Source: Calditrichaceae bacterium (lineage in GTDB: Bacteria; Calditrichota; Calditrichia; Calditrichales; JBFXGD01). Taken from it: a stretch of 64,000 bases of DNA. Position numbers and translations under genes: made by a program. The stretch lies in contig JBFXLE010000017.1 in NCBI GenBank assembly GCA_050173015.1, positions 30,806 through 94,805 of the forward strand, read 5' to 3'. Below, in pieces: positions 31,662 to 40,100 of this stretch (its first letter is position 1; each line of letters begins with the position of its first letter). The notes under the pieces were generated by a model. It did not search any database and was not told where the DNA came from. It was given only the letters and a program-made list of their open reading frames with translations.

Positions 31662-31955
31662 TTATTTACCTGTACTCATTGCTGCGCGCTCTTCGACAGC
31701 TTTGGCAACTTTTTCTTTTTCAGCTTTAACTTTTTCAAGTTCAGCCTTTTTCGCACTTACTTTCGCTTCTAATTCCTGACGTTCGCCTTTTTTGTCAGCG
31801 AGTGTTTTTTCTGCAGCGAGGGCCGCTGATTTCGTCTCTTCCAATTGCTTAATTTCTTCTTCGCTCGGCTTCCATCCGCAACTCGTTACGGATAATACAG
31901 AGACAGTGAACAGCAATATCATGAAGAGATTAAACGACTTCTTTACTTTTCTCAT
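31662..31955 (-). CDS. Small coiled-coil lipoprotein
   Basis: Basic N-terminus, hydrophobic core, VTSC lipobox, Ala/Glu/Lys helix; GGAGG RBS. Confidence 0.8.
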   Translation of the reverse strand: MRKVKKSFNLFMILLFTVSVLSVTSCGWKPSEEEIKQLEETKSAALAAEKTLADKKGERQELEAKVSAKKAELEKVKAEKEKVAKAVEERAAMSTGK

Positions 31956-32003
31956 GAATCGAGCCTCCTAATGGTGACAGTTCTGGGATTTCATTTAATG
32001 ATG

Positions 32004-32032
32004 AAAGTAACAAATTAACTAATTTTTGTCAA
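32004..32032 (-). promoter_or_regulatory. Putative sigma70 promoter for lipoprotein-LysM pair
   Basis: Minus strand TTGACA-17 nt-TACTTT. Confidence 0.5.
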
Positions 32033-32068
32033 GATATATTTATTCCTAAAGCTAAGTGTTTCTTATCT

Positions 32069-33823
32069 TTATACAATTTTTAAGCCTAACTCTTTTAATT
32101 GATCCGCCGATACATCCGAAGGCGCTCCATCCATCAATGAAAGCGCGGAACTCGTTTTCGGGAAAGCAATCACATCGCGAATTGACTCGGACCTTGTTAA
32201 TAACATCACAAGACGGTCGAGTCCAAATGCGATTCCTCCATGAGGTGGAGCCCCATATTCAAAGGCTTTCATCAGAAATCCGAATTTTGCCTCCGCCTCT
32301 TCGTGACTCATTTTAAGAACATTGAACATTTTCTGCTGTAGATCTTTTGTATGTATTCTTATGCTGCCACCGGCAATTTCATTCCCGTTCAAAACCAGAT
32401 CGTATGCTCTGGCAAGCACTTTTTCCGGCTCTTTATCCAGCTTATCAATATCTTCCTTCTTAGGACTGGTAAACGGATGATGTCTGGCAACATATCTGTT
32501 TTCATCTTCACTAAATTCCAGCAAAGGAAAATCCATAATCCATAGAAAAGAAAACACATCTTTATTTATAAGGTTTAGCATCTCTGCTAAATAAGTGCGA
32601 AGCTGACCAAGGACAGAATAAGTGGTCTCATATTTATCCGCTACAATTAAAATTAAATCATTTTCTTCAATATTCAAAGCATTTATTAATTTTCTTTTTT
32701 CATCTTCTCTCAAAAACTTAGATATTCCCCCGGCGAATTCGCCATTTTCATACTTAACATATGCTAAACCTTTGGCGCCGAGTTTTTTTGAATCTTCTAC
32801 CAAATGATCGATTTTTTTTCTGCTTAGACCGGCTCCTGCTGGTAAACGAAATCCGGCAACCACACCTTCATCAGCCAATATTTTATTAAACGCGACAAAA
32901 TCTGTCGTTGCAAATATATCGTTTAAAGTATGAATACGAAGCCCAAATCGAAGATCGGGCTTATCGGATCCGTACGATTCAAATGCCACTTTATAGGTCA
33001 TTTTTTGAATTGGCTCACTAATTTCATAGCCGATTGTTTCTCTAAATACCTTTTTTACAAGCCTTCCTGCCATCTCCATGATATCTTCTTCGTCAATAAA
33101 TGACATTTCTATATCAATTTGTGTAAATTCCGGCTGCCGGTCTTTGCGGAGGTCTTCATCTCTGAAGCATTTTACAATCTGAAAATATTTATCAAATCCG
33201 GCAACCATCAGCAGCTGTTTATAAGTTTGCGGAGACTGTGGTAATGCGTAGAAATTGCCCGGATAGTTGCGGCTCGGTACGAGAAAATCTCTGGCGCCCT
33301 CCGGTGTACTCTTCATTAAAATCGGAGTTTCGACTTCAACAAAACCATCATCATTCAGAGAATCCCTTACAATTTTATAAACCTTGCTGCGGGTGATCAG
33401 ATTTTGCTGCAGCGAACTCCGTCTTAAATCCAGATAGCGATATTTAAGTCTGAGCTCTTCGTTGACTTCCAAATTGTCAATGATTTCGAATGGCGTCGTT
33501 TTGGAAATGTTTAGTATTTCCAGCTCACTGATAAGAATTTCGACATCACCCGTATTCATTTTTTTATTGACAGAGTCCGGTGGTCTTTTTTCAACAATAC
33601 CTTTCACGGCGATCACGTATTCTGTCCGTAATTTTTTCGCGCTTTCATAAACAGATTTATTTAATTCGGGATTAAAAACCACTTGAGTAAGTCCGTATCG
33701 ATCCCGAACATCGATAAAAATCAATCCTCCGTGATCACGCCATTTATTCACCCATCCATTCAATACAACTGTTTGACCAAGGTGCTCCAGGTTCAACTCA
33801 GCGCAGTTATGCGTTCTCTTCAT
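32069..33823 (-). CDS. aspS: Aspartate--tRNA ligase
   Basis: RDHGGLIF, STPEGARD, LPQSPQ, RDEDLRKDRQPEF, PPHGGIAFGLDR. Confidence 0.98.
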   Translation of the reverse strand: MKRTHNCAELNLEHLGQTVVLNGWVNKWRDHGGLIFIDVRDRYGLTQVVFNPELNKSVYESAKKLRTEYVIAVKGIVEKRPPDSVNKKMNTGDVEILISELEILNISKTTPFEIIDNLEVNEELRLKYRYLDLRRSSLQQNLITRSKVYKIVRDSLNDDGFVEVETPILMKSTPEGARDFLVPSRNYPGNFYALPQSPQTYKQLLMVAGFDKYFQIVKCFRDEDLRKDRQPEFTQIDIEMSFIDEEDIMEMAGRLVKKVFRETIGYEISEPIQKMTYKVAFESYGSDKPDLRFGLRIHTLNDIFATTDFVAFNKILADEGVVAGFRLPAGAGLSRKKIDHLVEDSKKLGAKGLAYVKYENGEFAGGISKFLREDEKRKLINALNIEENDLILIVADKYETTYSVLGQLRTYLAEMLNLINKDVFSFLWIMDFPLLEFSEDENRYVARHHPFTSPKKEDIDKLDKEPEKVLARAYDLVLNGNEIAGGSIRIHTKDLQQKMFNVLKMSHEEAEAKFGFLMKAFEYGAPPHGGIAFGLDRLVMLLTRSESIRDVIAFPKTSSALSLMDGAPSDVSADQLKELGLKIV

Positions 33824-33893
33824 CTAACTTTAACTCCTTTTAAAAAATGGCGATTAATTTACGCAATAAACGCAAAGTTAACAAATTTGTCAT

Positions 33894-33920
33894 AAAAAAA
33901 AGCCGCTGAGAAGCGGCTTT
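33894..33920 (-). terminator. Intrinsic terminator closing the Agl/Glt-like cluster
   Basis: AAAGCCGCT-loop-AGCGGC followed by T8. Confidence 0.85.
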
Positions 33921-33947
33921 GGAGTTCCATATTTTTTAATTGAGTTA

Positions 33948-35033
33948 TTAACTGCTGAAAATATATTTTTGTCTGAAGGAAACATCTCCTTCACTTTCAT
34001 CAATTTTATCAAACCGCCATCTTCTGATTCTTGAGATGACACAATTTTCAACATTTTTATTCCGAATTGTCGAATCGATTATCCGGACATTTTCAACCCT
34101 GCCGTCGGCCTGGATTGAGAACTGAACAGTGATACTGCCTTTGAGATTGGGATTAATCCTTGATTCTTTTTTATAGCAGTTCTCGATCGCGTCCGCGTGT
34201 TTGGCAATAATTCTGCTGATCGCGTCTGCTGAACGGTTAGCTGATTTTGATCCTCTTCCCGAAACAGTTCCTTCTTCCATCTTAATGGCAAAGGAACCCT
34301 GACGCTTTATTGAAACAGAACCGCTTTGACCGACACCGCTCTGTACGAGATCATCAATTCCGGCGCCACCGGAACGATTTCCACCTGAGGACCGTGCTCC
34401 CAGCACAGATCTGCTCGCGCCCGAAGATGCCGTCTGCAATCCGCCTACGCTGCCCAGAACCTGTTCCAGGTCACCTACGCCGCCGCCGCCGCCGGAACCC
34501 AAAACATCGTAAACAGCATCACCTGAACCACCGCCGCCACCGGCCGAGAGTTCAGCCAAAATTCCGGAACCTGCCACTGCCTGCTCCATGGCCGCGCGCT
34601 GCGCTCCTCTTCTGGCCGCCGCTTCACGCCGCATATTTCTTCTTTCAGAGGCTGATGTACCTGTCGCTTCCGCGCGTTTTCCTTCGTCACGTTTTGCGCG
34701 CTCATCAACTTTTTCCTCAGGCTTTTCTTCTTCTCCCAAACCTGCTCCCAGATCCTCGGTTGTATCCTGTACAGGTTCTTCAAACTCTGCGGCATAAAAT
34801 TTTTGTATATATTTTCTTTTTATTTCTTTATCGATCAAGTCCTGCGGATACTCATGATTGGCTAAATATATAACCAGACCATAGATCAGTGCTAATGAGG
34901 CCAGAAGAATTGTGTAAAATCTTCTGTCGATACTTTCCCACACATTCCTTTCGAATTCTTTCGGGAAAGACACGAGTCGATAGCCACCTGCACCTGCCGG
35001 TCTTGATGCGCCCTGCACATTTGGTGTTTTCAT
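33948..35033 (-). CDS. TonB/TolA-like energy transducer with AgmX/PglI-type C-terminal domain (GltG-like)
   Basis: One N-proximal TM, charged helix, Gly-rich linker, C-terminal IENCYKKESRINPNLKGSITVQFSIQADGRV...VENCVISRIRRWRF. Confidence 0.82.
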   Translation of the reverse strand: MKTPNVQGASRPAGAGGYRLVSFPKEFERNVWESIDRRFYTILLASLALIYGLVIYLANHEYPQDLIDKEIKRKYIQKFYAAEFEEPVQDTTEDLGAGLGEEEKPEEKVDERAKRDEGKRAEATGTSASERRNMRREAAARRGAQRAAMEQAVAGSGILAELSAGGGGGSGDAVYDVLGSGGGGGVGDLEQVLGSVGGLQTASSGASRSVLGARSSGGNRSGGAGIDDLVQSGVGQSGSVSIKRQGSFAIKMEEGTVSGRGSKSANRSADAISRIIAKHADAIENCYKKESRINPNLKGSITVQFSIQADGRVENVRIIDSTIRNKNVENCVISRIRRWRFDKIDESEGDVSFRQKYIFSS

Positions 35034-35066
35034 TAACTCACCTTCTTGTAGTTTGATACAAATCTA

Positions 35067-35552
35067 TTAGCCTGCTTTAATCGTCAAGAGACGCATTTTA
35101 TAAAAATCTGATCTACTGCACGTAAACATCACCTTAAAAAGCAATTCGAAGGGAATTTTTTCATCCCCCTGGATAATCACCTCATGGGTGAATTCCTTAC
35201 CGATATCTATTTCGAGATCCCGTTCCTTCTGAGCATATTCAGCCAGCTTACTGAACAATGATGCTATGATCATCTGATCTTCCGGAATATCTGCAATCGT
35301 CGCGATTACATTATCGTTAACGAGAATTTCATCTTTCGATATCGAAACGCTTAATTCCTTTTTTGGCTTTTCACCCTGAACTGAAGTCGGTAATCTCAAA
35401 ACTTCCGATGGTGTAACCAGCGCCCCTTCTGTGGAAAACGATTTTAAAAGAAACAGAAGGATAATGGTCATCATGTCCATCATCGAGTTCATATTGAGAG
35501 TACCTTTTTCCTCTGCAAGGTGTTTCTTTGATTTTGACGGTTGGTAAGCCAT
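35067..35552 (-). CDS. ExbD/TolR family protein (AglS-like)
   Basis: LNMNSMMDMMTIILLFLLKSFS TM with conserved Asp26; IIQGDEKIPFELLFKVMFT. Confidence 0.88.
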   Translation of the reverse strand: MAYQPSKSKKHLAEEKGTLNMNSMMDMMTIILLFLLKSFSTEGALVTPSEVLRLPTSVQGEKPKKELSVSISKDEILVNDNVIATIADIPEDQMIIASLFSKLAEYAQKERDLEIDIGKEFTHEVIIQGDEKIPFELLFKVMFTCSRSDFYKMRLLTIKAG

Positions 35553-35577
35553 ATAATGAACGCTCCGTTATTGTCTT

Positions 35578-36129
35578 CTATAAAATACTGCCAAAATTTA
35601 TTTCGGGGAATAAGGGCAATATCGCATTTTCGTCTTCATAGGTTTGTGAGGTATCCATAATTTTGATGATAACCTGGTATTCGATTTCCCGGGAAGCCGT
35701 TATCACCGCGCGATTTTCGTCCTTGAAACCTTTTCCCTTTACTTTCTTTTTTATTTCGATAAGCTTTTCTTTTAGCTTATCATAGTCATACGTTCCGTCT
35801 TCTTTCACGGCAACTGTCGGACCGTCTCCTTCATCTCCGGCGAGTAAAGTCTGGGCATTGCCAATGGTTATACCATCTTTGGTAATCGCAATCTTTAACC
35901 CCAGCTTGAGTTCCTTCTCTTTTACTTCATTCTGTTCACCTTCACCGGCGCCAGCGTCTCCGACAGATTTACTTGGAGGCACATTTATTTCGATCACTCC
36001 AAGCTTTACCCATTCGGCGCTCGCGATAAGCAACGGAATCAGCACAACCATCAGATTCATGACAGGTCTGATATCCAGCTCCATGTCTACTTCTTCGCCT
36101 TTACGGCGAAGTGAAGGTTTATATGCCAT
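35578..36129 (-). CDS. ExbD/TolR family protein (AglQ-like), Asp-to-Asn variant
   Basis: ELDIRPVMNLMVVLIPLL TM; ITASREIEYQVIIKIMD. Confidence 0.85.
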   Translation of the reverse strand: MAYKPSLRRKGEEVDMELDIRPVMNLMVVLIPLLIASAEWVKLGVIEINVPPSKSVGDAGAGEGEQNEVKEKELKLGLKIAITKDGITIGNAQTLLAGDEGDGPTVAVKEDGTYDYDKLKEKLIEIKKKVKGKGFKDENRAVITASREIEYQVIIKIMDTSQTYEDENAILPLFPEINFGSIL

Positions 36130-36149
36130 TTTTTATTTTCCTTCGTCTC

Positions 36150-36809
36150 TTATCTGTTGCCGGTTATCAAGTTGATCAGTTTTACCAGATGTTCATCTAA
36201 TTCATCGATGATGGTACTTGTTTTGCTTGTGATATAAGTATAGACCATCAGAGTCGGGATCGCCACCATCAAACCAAATATGGTTGTATTCATAGCGGTT
36301 GAAATACCTTTGGCCAGAAGTTTACTTTTTTCTGATTCAGGAACACCCTCGCTACCCACGGCCGCGAATGAAAGAATAAGTCCATAAATCGTGCCCATCA
36401 AACCTGTCAGTGTCGCGACGTTTGCAAGCATTGAAAGATATCCGGTCCGTTCTCTCAATTTTGGAATAACTTCAAGAGTACCTTCGTCAACAGCATTCTG
36501 GATGGCTCTGAAATCAAGCGTTTCACTTTCATTGGCCCGTTTTAATCCACGCAGCACAACAAACGGCAGAGCTTTTTGCTTACCTTTTTCACATAATTCT
36601 ATTGCCCGTTCAATATTGCCTCCCGCAACCAGCTTTCTTACTTCAGTCATGAATTTATCAGCATTGACGTTTGAACGAACGACAATATAATATATTCTCT
36701 CAATCGAAATTGCAGCCGCTATAGCAGCAAACAAGGCGATCGCATACATGTAAAATGATCCTTCAGCACTAAGTGCGAATGCATCACCAAATTGAGTTAA
36801 GAATAACAT
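36150..36809 (-). CDS. MotA/TolQ/ExbB proton channel protein (AglR-like)
   Basis: Three TMs; ATLTGLMGTIYGLI and GISTAMNTTIFGLMVAIP. Confidence 0.92.
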   Translation of the reverse strand: MLFLTQFGDAFALSAEGSFYMYAIALFAAIAAAISIERIYYIVVRSNVNADKFMTEVRKLVAGGNIERAIELCEKGKQKALPFVVLRGLKRANESETLDFRAIQNAVDEGTLEVIPKLRERTGYLSMLANVATLTGLMGTIYGLILSFAAVGSEGVPESEKSKLLAKGISTAMNTTIFGLMVAIPTLMVYTYITSKTSTIIDELDEHLVKLINLITGNR

Positions 36810-36854
36810 AAACTAATCCCTCCTTAAAATCATTTTCAGCCTATCTAATGGTAT

Positions 36855-37187
36855 TTATTTATGCACATTTAATAATTGCTTGATGTTAATCTGATCTACC
36901 GGTTCTTTACTGTTTTTAAAATCGAATACAAATTTTTCACCTTCGCCGACAATCTCGCGGTAAAAGGATTTTTCGAGGTTTGTATCATCGAACTCTGGTT
37001 TTATTCGGTCGGAAAACAGGGTAACTTGAGGTTTTTCTATAGTTATTTTTATTTCGCTTACTTCCAGCTCAATCACATCATCGGTCGTCTGGTTTTGCGT
37101 TCTTACCTGCGGATTGTTCGTATCCTGCGCGAGGAGACCGCCCGCGAGCAAAAAACTCAAAATAATTACCAAAAAAACAACTCTCAT
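36855..37187 (-). CDS. Small exported protein, GltF/CglF-like
   Basis: Signal peptide; IKITIEKPQVTLFSDRIKPEFDDTNLEKSFYREIV resembles the KP...R...F...L...SF..I pattern recalled for GltF-family proteins; position between TPR and exbB genes. Confidence 0.55.
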   Translation of the reverse strand: MRVVFLVIILSFLLAGGLLAQDTNNPQVRTQNQTTDDVIELEVSEIKITIEKPQVTLFSDRIKPEFDDTNLEKSFYREIVGEGEKFVFDFKNSKEPVDQINIKQLLNVHK

Positions 37188-37199
37188 AAACCTATTCCT

Positions 37200-40100
37200 T
37201 TATTGATTGACAGAAATTCGGTTTTTATTCAATATATTAATATTTCTAAGTATCGAAACATCGACATCATATGTTTTTACTTTAGCTTTTTCTTGTGCCG
37301 CGGCGGTAATATCTGCAGGCAGGATATCGAAGGTTCCGTAGAATTTTAAACCGCCTGCCGTCAGATCTTTGTCTTCAACATCAATGGCGATTTGGTTTTC
37401 ACCGGGCTTCAGAAAAATATCGAAAGTATAGTAATCCAGCGTATCAAGTTTCGCGAATGAATTATCGCGGTCATCAATGATATATTCTCCATTCAGGTAA
37501 AACCTGAAATCATCATCGGCGGTAACATAGATTTCCCCGGACACGGGCGTTCCGTCCAGTTTGAATTCCTTTCTGAAAAATGCGACCGTATCCGCCGATA
37601 CTAACGCTGATGTGTCAACCACAACCAGGGTTGCGGATGTGTCCGGCTGCAGGGGAATCAAGTTTAAGGAATCGGCTGCGGCAAGAGTATCCGCGGTTTG
37701 CGTTGATGTGAGCGGAATCTGACGGACCCAGATTGCTTTGGGATTAATCCCAAGGGCCGCGAATTGATTATTATAATCCACCACTGTTTGAGGTTTAAAC
37801 CAGGTGGAATCATTAAACTCTGACCGTGTCCATTGATCCCCATAGTATTTCGTTGTATACATCCAGGATTCATCTGAGACAACAACAATTTTCTCTTTTT
37901 CAATGCTGGCCGAATAAGTAACCGGATCAAGCTTTATCAGCTTATAAAGAAGCTTATTCGCCCAAAGATTCTTAATATCATAATCCTGTCGAACCTTATA
38001 GGCATTTTCAAGTATGGACAATGAATTATCGTTAAATGAATAGTAGTAAGTTTCAAACATTACTTTCGCGTCATCAAAATTGTAATTTTCTGTTGAATCA
38101 AATTTCGTGGTGTAATTTTCACTGATCGTATTGGCGGAGTCCGCGAGCCCGCTCATGCGATCTGTTATTTCAACAGCGTAACGGAGAAGGCGGTCCTGCG
38201 TATTACGGACGATATCATTTTGAATCCCGTTTTCTTCTGCAAGCACTAAAGTTTTTGTGTATGATTCAATTATTTTTTCAGATAGAATTCGTGTAAAATC
38301 GATCATCTGGCTTGCGCTGTTGTCCAGCGCGTAATAGTCTTGTCCCTTTGCATTTAAGGTTCCAAATTCCTTCTCCACGAGATCCATCGTCTGGCGGGTG
38401 ATGGAATTATATTCACCCAATGCAACATCAACCAGTGACTCAAATTCCTCGGCAAGTATATTGGATGTTAACAGCACCTGACGCTTGGATTCTTCCACAT
38501 ATTTATTGGATAGACCCATCGCTTCCGCTTCTTTTATATTGCTCAGATGCGATTCAATTGTTTGCGCGATGGCTGGACTGACGGCCTGCTGGAACAACTG
38601 AACTTCGAATATAATTTTTGTCAAAGGTTCATCATTCGGCGGTTTTACGTCGAGCGCATAATATATATTTTCTGATGTAAGCGATGCCATTGTATACTGG
38701 AGTTCAGAAATTTTATCCCTGGCTTTTTCCTGAAATTTTACTCCCAACTCTCTGGTAGAGTCTCGTTCCGCCGCTCTTGTGATCGCTCCGGAAGTGTCAC
38801 CGACCGCCGGCTCGGTATCCATCGTTGAATCTGCCGAGGCGTAGAGATCTACTCCCAATTTTTCCGCGATAACAGGGATATTTGATACTACATTCTTATA
38901 TTCATCAACTGATTTTTGAAACAGAGCTGCTGATTGTTCGTTTATTCTCTTCTTTTCGATGAAAAACTTGTTTACATCCAGAGTCGGATCAATTTCCTGA
39001 GAAGCATAAATATGGGCGAATTCCTCATAACTTCTGGCCGTATTAAAAGTGGCTTCAAAACTACGGGGTGAACCGAAGGTCAGGACTTTTGAATAAGTTT
39101 TATTTAATTCAGTCAACAGTCCGCGCAAACGCTCCTGCTGATAGTCTATATTGCTTTTTGGCTGTGTAAGCTTGATAGATGTAAATTCGTTATGAAGGAT
39201 CCCGGCCAGCTTATTGACAGCTTCCCCGGCTATATAGGCGTTCGGGTCCTTCCCGCTATTTCTGAATAATTCACTTTTCTGGATGGCTTTATTGAACTCG
39301 ACTTTAGCAGCTGTTTCCTGCCCATTGTCAAGATAGTAGTTACCGCGTTCATAAAACGCAGTGACCGTTCTGGGATCATCCGGGTAGCGGGTTGCAAATT
39401 CTTCATATATACGGTTTGCTTCCGTGATATTGTCAGAATTCAGATATAGCTGCGCGTTTTTGAAATATAAATCAACCGAGTACGGTTGCGTCGGATACGC
39501 GGCGATATACATATTATTGACTCGGATAGCATCTAGCCATTCTTTGCCTTTTTCAAAATAGTAACTCGCGTTATACAATGCTATTTCAGCATTCTTGGAA
39601 TCTGTGTAATTCGTGTAAATTCTCTCATAAGTCTGCCCGGCATTCAAATATTGCTCAAGCTCTTTATAATCATCCGCCATATTTTCAAGAGCGTCGATAG
39701 CGAATTTTGACTCCGGATGCTGATTTGCCAGGATATCAAATGTTTCAATGGCTCTGACCCAGTCTTTGGCTTTCTGATAATTTAAACCGCCATTATAAAG
39801 GGCGCTCTCCACAAGCAGGGGATCATTTGCAACTTCATTATTTATACGTACAAATTCACCCGCCGCCGCGAAATAATCTCCTTGTTCGGAGAGAAATTCA
39901 GCATTCTTAAAAATGGCTTGTCCCAGACGCTTTTCGGCAAATACCCTCTGTTCATCCGGAATTCTGTCATCACTCATAATACGTTTAGCTATAATTTCGC
40001 TATCCTTGAATTTTCCGAGCGCGAAATACGAATCCATAATTGAGCGCAATGCCAGACTTTTCTCTTTTGCTCCGGGAAAACGCTTGACAAGGGTCTGAAA

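Noticed and set aside
33948-36809. Canonical Tol-Pal or TonB uptake locus
   Set aside because: No tolB, pal or TonB-dependent receptor nearby; dual ExbD, the Cys-containing C-domain and TPR partners fit the Agl-Glt-type core better
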